Positions 1-7,784 of a DNA stretch of 64,000 bases are shown here, one piece after another. The stretch is taken from contig PLJC01000008.1 in assembly GCA_003139545.1 (NCBI GenBank), forward strand, positions 22,874 through 86,873. Direction: 5' to 3'. The notes under the pieces are model-generated. The model searched no databases. It was not told the origin of the DNA and saw only the letters and a list, made by a program, of their open reading frames with translations. Made by a program: the position numbers and the translations under genes. Numbering within the stretch: the stretch's first letter is position 1; the number at the start of each line of letters is the position of its first letter. This DNA comes from Actinomycetota bacterium. Its GTDB lineage: Bacteria > Actinomycetota > Thermoleophilia > Gaiellales > Gaiellaceae.

Positions 1-37
1 AAGGAGGGGGTCTGCGGTTCGAGTCCGCAAGAGGGCT
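1..37 (+). tRNA. 3' portion of a tRNA gene (anticodon-stem 3' strand to acceptor end). The 5' half lies upstream of the window. Possibly tRNA-Thr(GGU), by analogy with the downstream copies.
   Basis: GGAGG / GGGTC / TGCGG-TTCGAGT-CCGCA (canonical T-arm) / AGAGGGC acceptor strand + discriminator T. CCA is not encoded. Confidence 0.6.
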
Positions 38-64
38 TCATAAGGTGCGCTGGAACCCAGCCGG

Positions 65-946
65 TCAGCCGCGCTCGCCTGCGCTGAGCGCCGCGCGGAT
101 CGCCTCGTCAAAGGTTGTGCGTTTGACCCCGACGATGTCCCAGATTCGGGCGTCGTGTGCGACGGTCGGGACGCGAAGTCCCTCGACGAGGGGCCGTGCA
201 ACGGCCACGCTGGCGGGTGTGACGAGGTACAGCCACAGCGACGAGAGCCGCGGCGTCAAGAACGGAACCTCGATCAGAAGCGGATGCCTGCCGCGCACGC
301 GTGCGACCCGTTCCATCATCGCCCGGTAGGTCATCACCTCGAGACCACCGACATCGAAGGTCTGATCGTAGGCGACCTCGTTGCCACACACGCCGACGAG
401 GACGGCGAGCACGTCGGCCATCGCAACCGGCTGCGTCTCGACCGACACCCAGCGCGGGCAGATCATGATCGGAAGTCGGTCGACGAGCGCGAGAATCGTT
501 TCGAACGCCACGCTCCCGGCACCGACGATCATCGCGGCCTGCAACGTCGTCACAGGAACCTGGCCCGTCTTGAGAATCGTCGCCGTCTCGGCCCTGCTGC
601 GCAGATGCGGTGAGAGATCAGCCGCTTCGCCGAGCCCGCCGAGATAGACGATCTGTGTCGCGTCGCCCGCCGCCGCGCCGGCCGCGACCGCGGTTGCGGC
701 GGCGCGATCCCGCGCCTCGAAGTCGCCGCTACCGAGCGAGTGCACAAGGTGGTAGACGACCTCGGCCCCGGCGAGTGCGCGGCGCATCGCATTGGCATCG
801 GTCGCATCTGCGGCAATCCACTCGACCCCGTCCTCGACGCTCGCGGCGGGCCCCCGTGCCACACCGACAACCTCATGACGCGCCGAGAGCGCCCGCACGA
901 GCGGCCGCCCGATCGTGCCCGTCGCCCCGACAACGGCAACCCTCAC
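65..946 (-). CDS. NAD(P)-binding SDR/NmrA-like oxidoreductase
   Basis: 294 aa from GTG 946. N-terminal Rossmann motif VAVVGATGTIGRPLV. The listed ORF runs on to 1258, but that extension is Arg-rich and overlaps the upstream gene, so it was trimmed. Confidence 0.75.
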   Translation of the reverse strand: MRVAVVGATGTIGRPLVRALSARHEVVGVARGPAASVEDGVEWIAADATDANAMRRALAGAEVVYHLVHSLGSGDFEARDRAAATAVAAGAAAGDATQIVYLGGLGEAADLSPHLRSRAETATILKTGQVPVTTLQAAMIVGAGSVAFETILALVDRLPIMICPRWVSVETQPVAMADVLAVLVGVCGNEVAYDQTFDVGGLEVMTYRAMMERVARVRGRHPLLIEVPFLTPRLSSLWLYLVTPASVAVARPLVEGLRVPTVAHDARIWDIVGVKRTTFDEAIRAALSAGERG

Positions 947-1359
947 TGAGGCCGCCCATCGCGTGCGACCAGTGCCAGGAATCGCCTGCCGACCAGATCG
1001 TGGGACACAAGCTCGAGCCGCCACAACGGCCCACGCAGCAACGGAGCGAAACCTTCGACCTCGACGGCCACATACACGCCGTTGGCGCGCCACGCGATCG
1101 TCCCGCCCGGCCGGCGCGCCATCAACCCGCCAAGGATCACGCGCCGACCGCCCACGAGCGGACCGAATCGCAGGAAGACCGGCCCAACGCCCAGCAACCG
1201 AACGGCACTTCCCGAGAACCGCACCAGACCGAGCGTCGCCCGCCGAACCGCATCCCAATACAACTGCTCGAGCCGCACGCAGTCGATCACCACGCCGACA
1301 GGCGCACGTTGCGTCGTGTCGACCGTCCCGTCGTCGTGCTCGACGCTAACGCTCTCCAT
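943..1359 (-). CDS. hypothetical protein, translationally coupled to the SDR-like gene
   Basis: 139 aa from ATG 1359 (MESVSVEHDDG...). Its stop overlaps the GTG start of 65..946 (GTGA). No motif recognised. Confidence 0.55.
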   Translation of the reverse strand: MESVSVEHDDGTVDTTQRAPVGVVIDCVRLEQLYWDAVRRATLGLVRFSGSAVRLLGVGPVFLRFGPLVGGRRVILGGLMARRPGGTIAWRANGVYVAVEVEGFAPLLRGPLWRLELVSHDLVGRRFLALVARDGRPQ

Positions 1360-1461
1360 TGCGCGAAAGACGCTACCGCCAGCACACAGCCGAGGGGCTC
1401 GCGCCAATTGGGATCGACGAGCTTCACGCAGTTCTCTCGTGCTTGCGGACGCCATTACGCG

Positions 1462-1479
1462 ATGGAGCATTTATGGAGC
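1462..1479. repeat. tandem ATGGAGC-N4-ATGGAGC motif pair, ~110 nt left of tRNA-derived repeat B
   Basis: ATGGAGC at 1462-1468 and 1473-1479. The same heptamer pair recurs at 1698-1716 and 6909-6927. Confidence 0.6.
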
Positions 1480-1589
1480 CCAGCGGGCGCAACCGGTGGC
1501 AACCGGTCGCAAATTGGAGAGCCTCGAAAACGGCTCAAACAGGCCGATCCGCAACCGGTGGCAACCCACGGCAACCGTTTCGCAGCGCA

Positions 1590-1631
1590 TGGTAAGGAGG
1601 GGGTCGACGGTTCGAGTCCGTCAGAGGGCTT
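1590..1631 (+). repeat. tRNA-derived 42-nt direct repeat, copy B (anticodon loop to 3' end; att-core-like)
   Basis: TGGTAAGGAGGGGGTCGACGGTTCGAGTCCGTCAGAGGGCTT is identical to 6805-6846. It has a T-arm and an acceptor 3' strand, but no matching 5' acceptor strand (GCCCTCT) upstream, so it is not a complete tRNA. Confidence 0.8.
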
Positions 1632-1633
1632 CG

Positions 1634-1660
1634 AAAAGCCCCGCACAGCGGGGCTTTTTT
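1634..1660 (+). terminator. rho-independent terminator directly after tRNA-derived repeat B
   Basis: AGCCCCG-CACAG-CGGGGCT stem-loop followed by a run of six T (TTTTTT). Confidence 0.8.
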
Positions 1661-1697
1661 CTTGGCGCGATTTGCAGAGTTCGCTGGTTGCTCAGTT

Positions 1698-1716
1698 ATG
1701 GAGCACCTTATGGAGC
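1698..1716. repeat. tandem ATGGAGC-N5-ATGGAGC motif pair, ~65 nt right of repeat B
   Basis: ATGGAGC at 1698-1704 and 1710-1716. Confidence 0.6.
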
Positions 1717-1767
1717 TCTCGGATTTCGGCCGCCCCAAGATCGTCTCCAGACGAGACAACACCGGCG

Positions 1768-1791
1768 TGCGCCGGCGTTCGGGAATGTCAC
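1768..1791. repeat. copy 1 of the TGCGCC-NN-CGTTCGGGAATGT motif
   Basis: TGCGCCGGCGTTCGGGAATGTCAC. Compare copies at 2051-2074 and 4147-4170. Confidence 0.7.
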
Positions 1792-2050
1792 GGCTCGGGC
1801 CGACAGAGAGCGTGCCGCCGTAGTGCGGATCGCTTCCGAGGAGGCGAGAGGAACGGTCTTCGCTCCACGTTGCAGTCACCTCGTGAACGAACCCAAATTT
1901 CGCCAGGGAGGTCGATCCGTAGGCCAGGCGTCGGCGTTTCCTCGCTGACGTGCATGTACTGCGCGCCTTCGATGACGTGGCCGTCCGCGTCCTAGAGTGC
2001 AAGCCGATACTTCCGTCCAGCCACTACACCCTAAGGGTACGAGAATGCCC

Positions 2051-2074
2051 TGCGCCAACGTTCGGGAATGTCAC
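2051..2074. repeat. copy 2 of the TGCGCC-NN-CGTTCGGGAATGT motif. Overlaps a possible ECF-type promoter: TGTCACC-N16-CGAC (2069-2095).
   Basis: TGCGCCAACGTTCGGGAATGTCAC. Lies ~250 nt upstream of the ECF sigma gene. Confidence 0.7.
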
Positions 2075-2321
2075 CCGAGGGGCAGGATCAACGACCAGTG
2101 CCGTAGTCGAGGTCGAGGCTGTCTGTTCGACCCGCCCATCCAAGCGTCAAACAGCCCGGGCATTGCCTCGCTGGGAAGACTTGTAGCCAGGCGAGCTAGG
2201 CAGGCAAGCGCTTCGCGCCTGGACGCAATGTCACACTTGAACCTCTTTCGGCGCCTTATCTCCGAGAGGTGTGGAGACGTCGTTCCGCCAGCAGCGGTTG
2301 CATCCCATAGCCGTCGGTCGC

Positions 2322-2831
2322 ATGGTCATGAGCGACGACGATCTCAGGCGCGCTGTCGGAGACCTGTTCACCGGCTGTGAGCGACGCATGGGCAGGTATC
2401 TGGTGCAGATGGTCGGCGACCGGGAACTCGCGGCCGACCTCCTTCAGGACAGCTTCCACGACGCTTTGCGCGCGCGGGCGCAGCTCTCGGGTGTGCGCAA
2501 TCCGGAGGCGTGGCTGTTCGGGATCGCGCGCAACCGGGCGCTGCGCGCGCTACGCAGAAGAGGGCGCTTCGATCGTGCCCTGGGCAGGCTCGCCCGCCGG
2601 CAGTCGCAGAGCGGCGACAGCAGCGAGATTGTCGCGATCCGGGATCTGCTCGCGCGCAGCCTGAGCGTTGAGGATCGGGCGCTCGTGCTGTTGCGCTACC
2701 TGCACGACTTCTCGGCGAGTGAGCTTGCGGAGATGACAGGAATGACGGCGGAGGCGGTGCGCCAGCGCCTCTCCCGGGCGCGCGCCCGCCTGCTCGCTGC
2801 CTCTGAACACGATGAAGGAGCGACGCCATGA
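2322..2831 (+). CDS. ECF-family RNA polymerase sigma-70 factor
   Basis: Region 2 (DLLQDSFHDALR...NPEAWLFGIARNRA) and region 4 (LLRYLHDFSASELAEMTGMTAEAVRQRLSRAR). Start taken at ATG 2322; ATG 2328 is also possible. Confidence 0.85.
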   Translation: MVMSDDDLRRAVGDLFTGCERRMGRYLVQMVGDRELAADLLQDSFHDALRARAQLSGVRNPEAWLFGIARNRALRALRRRGRFDRALGRLARRQSQSGDSSEIVAIRDLLARSLSVEDRALVLLRYLHDFSASELAEMTGMTAEAVRQRLSRARARLLAASEHDEGATP

Positions 2832-4126
2832 TCGTTCTCGACGACGACGCTCGCGTACGCGAGCTGCTCGCACCGCTCAACGACGTCGAGCCTGTCGCAC
2901 GACGGGCCCCGTTTCGCGATCGTGAGCTGCTTGAGCTGTTGGCCGGGGAGGTCGGGGCTTCTAGTGGACTGCGTCGGCGTGGGCGCGCGATGGTTGTGAC
3001 CGTGGCTGCCGCGGTCGCGGCCGCACTGGCGATCATGTTCTGGCCTGCGTCGACGTCGCCGTCGGTTCTGGACAGCGCCCTCGCCGCCATCGGCACGGGA
3101 CAGGTGACCCACGTTGTGTTCGAGGATGATCTTGGCAGCACGCTGCTCGACCTCCGCACCGGTCGACAGACGCCTGCCAGCGGTCGCCTGAGCGTGTGGT
3201 ATGCGCCCGCTCGCGGCCTGTTGATCAGGTCGAGCTTCCTCGGAGTCGACGAAGGATCGACGTTCATCGCCACCAACACGCAGACGCTGGGCGGACGGCC
3301 GCTGCCGAGCGCGGCTGACTTCGTGCGCGGGTATCGCGCTGCCCTTCGCGCACATCGCTTCCACCTCGTCGGGAGTGGCAGCTATCGCGGCACATCGGTC
3401 TTCTGGATCGACGGCACGCCGAGCCTGTTCGGCCGCGCTCCGACGCACCGGATCGTCGAGCGGGTCGCCATCTCGAAGGTGAGCTACAAACCGGTGTTCG
3501 TCCAGCGCCTCGTCGACGGTAAGCCAGCCCAGGGGTCTGGCCAGCACATCCTGTCCATCCAGACCTCCGACTCAGGCCCCGGCGCCCTCGACGGCACCCG
3601 CACGCGCTCGGCGCCCTTCGGCTCCAACATCGGCTACTTCAACGGCGTCGTGCAGTACGAGCCGCTGCCCCTCACCGAGGCTCGCGCGATGCGCCCCACA
3701 CCGCTCATCCCGAGAACGATCAGCGGTCTGCGTCTCAGCGTCATCGCCCGGGCGCCGTACACAACCACCCCCAACTCCAGCCAGGACATTGCCGGCGTCT
3801 TGCTCTACTACGGCACGCCATACAACTCCGGACTTCCAAACGACACCCAGCCCGCATACACCGGCCGCTGGGTGCAGATCATCGAATTCCCACGGGCCAA
3901 CCTCGTCACCCGTTTCTACGCGGGCCACTTCCCGACCGGCGGCAAAGCCGTCATCGACGGGTTCGCCGGAAGCGCCCCAGCCCTCTTCGGCAAGCCTGGC
4001 AGCGCCGGCCAGTTTGGAGACACGATCAACGACCACACCGCCACCCTCACTACGCAGGGCCGCTACTTCTTCATCGACGCCACCACCAGAAGCGACGCAA
4101 TCCAAGCTGCACGAGCAACGCCCTAG
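2828..4126 (+). CDS. membrane-anchored protein, putative anti-sigma factor / sigma-coupled sensor
   Basis: ATGA start/stop overlap with the sigma gene. One TM helix (VVTVAAAVAAALAIMFW) follows a ~55-aa N-terminal segment, then ~350 aa of extracytoplasmic sequence. No ZAS motif seen. Confidence 0.65.
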   Translation: MIVLDDDARVRELLAPLNDVEPVARRAPFRDRELLELLAGEVGASSGLRRRGRAMVVTVAAAVAAALAIMFWPASTSPSVLDSALAAIGTGQVTHVVFEDDLGSTLLDLRTGRQTPASGRLSVWYAPARGLLIRSSFLGVDEGSTFIATNTQTLGGRPLPSAADFVRGYRAALRAHRFHLVGSGSYRGTSVFWIDGTPSLFGRAPTHRIVERVAISKVSYKPVFVQRLVDGKPAQGSGQHILSIQTSDSGPGALDGTRTRSAPFGSNIGYFNGVVQYEPLPLTEARAMRPTPLIPRTISGLRLSVIARAPYTTTPNSSQDIAGVLLYYGTPYNSGLPNDTQPAYTGRWVQIIEFPRANLVTRFYAGHFPTGGKAVIDGFAGSAPALFGKPGSAGQFGDTINDHTATLTTQGRYFFIDATTRSDAIQAARATP

Positions 4127-4146
4127 CACCAAACCGGAAGCTCGCA

Positions 4147-4170
4147 TGCGCCACCGTTCGGGAATGTGCG
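4147..4170. repeat. copy 3 of the TGCGCC-NN-CGTTCGGGAATGT motif
   Basis: TGCGCCACCGTTCGGGAATGTGCG, 21 nt after the stop of 2828..4126. Confidence 0.7.
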
Positions 4171-4474
4171 CCGACGGCGACGCCTAACCTGCACGGATCA
4201 GGCGGACAAGTGCTCGCGCTGTTGCGAGGCGTAGTCCCGCGAATTCGATTCCAGGCTGGCCGTAAAGGCCTTGCGGGAAGAGCGGGTGGTTGATCCGAGC
4301 GGGCGTAGATGTGACCCACCGACGTCGATGTTCAAGTGGTGCTCCGAGTGCAGCTGGGCTCCAAGCTGCGCCGCGGAGCGTTCCAAGAACATCGGGCGTC
4401 GCGGCGTAAGGTGGGCGATATGAGGCAGCGGCAAGTCACGTCCGCGTCCGGCGCAGCCGCTACTGCTTCTCGTC

Positions 4475-4996
4475 ATGTTGGACGCGATCGGCGGCGGCCT
4501 TATCGGGATCGGAGCTCTCCTGCTCCTGAGCACGCTGTGGTGGCCGCCTCCGCCCCTGGAGCTGGTCGGCGACGCGGAGCACCGGCGCACCAAGCGCAAC
4601 AGCGCCGTCGCGACGATCGTCTCAGCTGCATCGACGTTCGCGGGCGCCGTTCTTCTTCTCCTTCGGAGCGGGTTCCTCTGGGCGCTCCTCGGGGTGGGGC
4701 TCGGGCTGCTCGTCTACTACGCGATGCTCGCATCATGGACGCACAGCGAATGGGCGTCCATCAACCGTCAAGTCACGCTGGAACGCAAAGGCGGAGATGG
4801 CCGAATCACGCTGGGAACTGCGAGCCGCATGGGGGCAACAAACGACCCCGCCGCTTCGACGTCAAGCATGGCGATATGGCTGACAAACGACGCCGAATAC
4901 GGTGAGCACGAGGCTCGGGTAGCCGCACGGAACGCTGGGTGGCGGTGGGCGCTCCGCCATCCGCGCGGCGGCGGTTGGGATCGCCGGAACCTGTAA
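4475..4996 (+). CDS. hypothetical membrane protein (3 predicted TM helices)
   Basis: 173 aa with hydrophobic helices GGLIGIGALLLLSTLWW, AVATIVSAASTFAGAVLLLL and FLWALLGVGLGLLVYYAML. No family recognised. Confidence 0.5.
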   Translation: MLDAIGGGLIGIGALLLLSTLWWPPPPLELVGDAEHRRTKRNSAVATIVSAASTFAGAVLLLLRSGFLWALLGVGLGLLVYYAMLASWTHSEWASINRQVTLERKGGDGRITLGTASRMGATNDPAASTSSMAIWLTNDAEYGEHEARVAARNAGWRWALRHPRGGGWDRRNL

Positions 4997-5076
4997 GCGC
5001 CTCAAAGTGTGCATGAGCCCGAGTTGCCGTCGCCCCCAGGCAACGATCCGTCCGCCGCGCGTGCGTTGATGGGCGC

Positions 5077-6258
5077 ATGGCGCGGATCGAGGCGATAGCC
5101 GAACCGAGCCTCCTCGTCTGGGCGCGGGAGCGAGCGGGCTACAGCATCGAGCAGGCTGCGAAGCGGGTGCCGGTGACCCCTGAGCGCCTTGCGGCGTGGG
5201 AGGCCGGTGAGGCCCGTCCCACTGTGAAGCAGCTCCGGAAGCTCGGTGGGATCTACGGGCGGCCGCTCGCGGTCTTCTATCTGCCGGAACCGCCGCGCGG
5301 CCCGCAGCAACCGGTCAGGGATCACCGTCGCATTTGGGGCGAGGAGCCTGAGGGAATCTCGCCGCGGCTCCGCAAGGAGATCGACATCGCCGAGGACCGG
5401 CGCGAACTCGCGCTCGAACTTCTTTCGCTCCAGGGGGAAGAGCCGCCAACGTTTGAGCTTCGAGCGAGCATCGGCGAGAACCCGAACACGGTCGCGGCTC
5501 GCTTCCGCGAGGCGCTCGGCGTCACCCTCGACGAGCAACTCTCCTGGCACGAGCGCTACAACGGCTTCAACGCGTGGCGAGACGCGATCGAAGGAGTCGG
5601 CGCCCTCGTCCTCCAGATGACCGACGTCCCCGTGCTGGAGGCGCGCGGCTTCTCCATCGCCGACAGACCGCTCCCGGCCGTGGTCGCGAACATCAAGGAC
5701 ACACCGCGCGCGCGGTGCTTCACGCTCATGCACGAGCTCGTGCATGTGGCGTTGCACGAGGGAGGTATCTGCACGCTCGACGATGCGGAGCGGGTGGAGG
5801 TGTTCTGCAACCGCATCGCCGGGGCGGTGCTCGTCCCCGCCGAAGCGCTCCGCTCCGATCAGATCGTTTCCGCGCACGGCACCGAGCCGGAGTGGGAAGA
5901 CCGCGAGATCGAAGCGCTCGCGCGTCATTTCAGCGTGAGCCGCGAGGTCGTTCTTCGCCGCTTGCTCATCATCGGTCGGACCGAGCAGGCGTTCTACCAG
6001 CGCAAGCGCGACGAGTACACGGAGCAGTACCGGGAAGCGACGGAACAGCGCAAGCGCGAAGAACAGAAGCCGCGGCCGATCCCCCGCGATCTGATCGCAG
6101 TCGCGCGCTCGGGACGGTTCCTGTCGCTGCTCGTGCTGAACAACTACGAGCAGGGCCGGATCACCGCGAGCGACGTCGCGGACTACCTCGGCATCCGCAT
6201 CAAGCACCTCGGCGCCATCGAGCGGCGCGTCTTCGGAGCGCAGCCGCAGACAGAGTGA
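5077..6258 (+). CDS. XRE-family HTH fused to an ImmA/IrrE (COG2856, M78-like) zinc metallopeptidase domain
   Basis: N-terminal HTH (YSIEQAAKRVPVTPERLAAWEAGEARPTVKQLRKLGGIYG) and an HEXXH site (FTLMHELVHVALHEGG). Confidence 0.85.
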   Translation: MARIEAIAEPSLLVWARERAGYSIEQAAKRVPVTPERLAAWEAGEARPTVKQLRKLGGIYGRPLAVFYLPEPPRGPQQPVRDHRRIWGEEPEGISPRLRKEIDIAEDRRELALELLSLQGEEPPTFELRASIGENPNTVAARFREALGVTLDEQLSWHERYNGFNAWRDAIEGVGALVLQMTDVPVLEARGFSIADRPLPAVVANIKDTPRARCFTLMHELVHVALHEGGICTLDDAERVEVFCNRIAGAVLVPAEALRSDQIVSAHGTEPEWEDREIEALARHFSVSREVVLRRLLIIGRTEQAFYQRKRDEYTEQYREATEQRKREEQKPRPIPRDLIAVARSGRFLSLLVLNNYEQGRITASDVADYLGIRIKHLGAIERRVFGAQPQTE

Positions 6259-6722
6259 ACTACAGCGTCGACACGAGCTCCCTCATCAACGGGTTCCGCA
6301 TCAACTACCCGTATCTGAACTTTCCGCGGCTCTGGAACGAGAACATTCCCTCCCTCGTGGCGTCGGGCGAACTGCGCGCGACCGAGGAGGTGCTCGTCGA
6401 GCTAAAGCAGCAAGACGATGAGCTGATCCAGTGGATTGAGGAGTACAGCGACGAGCTCTTCGTCGAGATCGACGACCCGATCCAGCGCGAGGTGATCGCC
6501 ATCCTGCGCGGCTTTCCGGCGCTCATCCACGCCGGGCGCGGCCGCTCCGGAGCTGACCCGTTCGTGATCGCGCTCGCAAAGCTCCACACGTGCGTGGTCG
6601 TCACCGAGGAGGGACGCGGGTCCGTCAAGCACCCGAAGATCCCGGACGTCTGCGACGCGCTCGGCGTGCCCTGCATCCGCCTCGTCGACATGATCGCTGA
6701 GCAAGGCTGGATCTACGGGTAG
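6255..6722 (+). CDS. DUF4411-like PIN-fold nuclease (putative toxin/effector)
   Basis: 155 aa from GTG 6255 (GTGA overlap with the upstream stop). YSVDTSSLING N-terminus and ADPFVIALA...VVTEE...IPDVC C-terminal pattern, as I recall for DUF4411. Confidence 0.7.
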   Translation: MNYSVDTSSLINGFRINYPYLNFPRLWNENIPSLVASGELRATEEVLVELKQQDDELIQWIEEYSDELFVEIDDPIQREVIAILRGFPALIHAGRGRSGADPFVIALAKLHTCVVVTEEGRGSVKHPKIPDVCDALGVPCIRLVDMIAEQGWIYG

Positions 6723-6804
6723 CCGCGTGGAATGCCTAGATGATCGCTGAACTGGTGGGGTGACTCACCATTTGCGCGAGCGTCCATTGACTCGACGCCC
6801 AATC

Positions 6805-6846
6805 TGGTAAGGAGGGGGTCGACGGTTCGAGTCCGTCAGAGGGCTT
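6805..6846 (+). repeat. tRNA-derived 42-nt direct repeat, copy C (att-core-like)
   Basis: Identical to 1590-1631. No 5' acceptor strand upstream, and no terminator downstream. Confidence 0.8.
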
Positions 6847-6908
6847 GCAACACCCCCTCACGGATTCTCGTTCAGGACACCTTGCTCTTCGTCGCACCTG
6901 CGATGGAT

Positions 6909-6927
6909 GTGGAGCTGTCTATGGAGC
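6909..6927. repeat. tandem GTGGAGC-N5-ATGGAGC motif pair, ~63 nt right of repeat C
   Basis: GTGGAGC at 6909-6915 and ATGGAGC at 6921-6927. The context CTATGGAGCTTTCGCGG resembles CTTATGGAGCTCTCGG at 1708-1723. Confidence 0.55.
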
Positions 6928-6963
6928 TTTCGCGGGCGCGAACGCGCGCCGACTCGCGCGGCG

Positions 6964-7455
6964 TTAGGACGCGCCCGACAGGTGGATGCCTCGCTTCGCC
7001 GCGTCCTGCGTCGCACGCTCTAGCAAACGAAGCGCACGCGCGAAGTCCTCGTGTCCGATCTCGAAGTGGGAGACGCCATGCCCGATCTGAGCTTGAAGAT
7101 CTGGACCGACCGAGGCCAGTGACGGCGCAAGGGACAGGCTTGGCACGCATGCGCCCTTGCGGAGCTCGACCGGTGCGGCGTACGGCCAAAGCCGAGCGAC
7201 CTCGGGGTTCGAGTGCCGGTCGTTGAGTACAGGCGGGTCCAAAGCACGCGACGCACCGAAGATGCACTTGGTGCCGCCGACCGCGTAGTAGATGAACTCG
7301 TCGCCGCGCGAAACATTCGTTGGCGCAGGCCGCGGAGGGAATCGTACTTCGATGTGCATCTCAGGATCCCGATCCCAAGGATCGTCGGCCATCGGCCACT
7401 TGCTTGATCCGAGGAGCTTGACGAAGTAGCTCAGCCCAACCCTCCCTTCAGTCAC
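6964..7455 (-). CDS. hypothetical protein
   Basis: 163 aa with ordinary, non-repetitive composition, unlike the GC-shadow ORFs. Co-directional with the ATPase gene and 330 nt downstream of it. No motif recognised. Confidence 0.6.
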   Translation of the reverse strand: MTEGRVGLSYFVKLLGSSKWPMADDPWDRDPEMHIEVRFPPRPAPTNVSRGDEFIYYAVGGTKCIFGASRALDPPVLNDRHSNPEVARLWPYAAPVELRKGACVPSLSLAPSLASVGPDLQAQIGHGVSHFEIGHEDFARALRLLERATQDAAKRGIHLSGAS

Positions 7456-7784
7456 CGCTGTCCTCGCGACCGTACAACAAGGCCGCGGTCGCGCCTAGGC
7501 GCTCATTGGTCACCACGACATGTCGCGCCCCTCGATCTCTCGTTCGAGCTCCTTCTGTTCTGCGCGGATCGCGACCAGCTTCTTCCGCTCCGGCGGATTT
7601 GCGCTCCGGAGCGCTCCACCACCTCAGATGTCGCGTCTGCGCTGCCTGCCTCTGTACAACATGGTGCGGCCGCTCCTGGGCTTCGCCGATGTCCTGCCGG
7701 CTCATTGTGGCAAGCGGTCTGAGAATCGAGGCAGGCGCTCGTGGGAACGAGCAGGCGCGACTATCACGCGAGTCTCCGCCGCGG

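Noticed and set aside
1540-1631. Complete tRNA gene at the 1590 or 6805 repeats
   Set aside because: The T-arm and acceptor 3' strand are present, but there is no complementary 5' acceptor strand (GCCCTCT) or D-arm in the ~75 nt upstream of either copy. They are partial, att-like copies.
610-1995. 461-aa plus-strand ORF, along with many similar Arg/Pro/Ser-rich ORFs (e.g. 8272-9363, 30857-31996, 33781-34824, 34883-37003)
   Set aside because: These have extremely biased composition and run antisense or out of frame to genes with clear conserved motifs. They are GC-driven open frames, not genes.
1768-4170. Reading the repeated motif as a conserved peptide (AP-x-FGNV on plus, (D/H)IPER(W/R)R on minus)
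   Set aside because: The flanking translated sequences share nothing, one copy would lie antisense to a real gene, and the frames are interrupted. The conservation is at the DNA level.
7456-7784. Small gene in the 330-nt gap downstream of the ATPase (minus-strand peptide ...PERKKLVAIRAEQKELEREIEGRDMSW)
   Set aside because: The protein-like stretch has no in-frame start codon after the preceding stop, and it joins an upstream ATG only through a frameshift. It is at best a decayed remnant.
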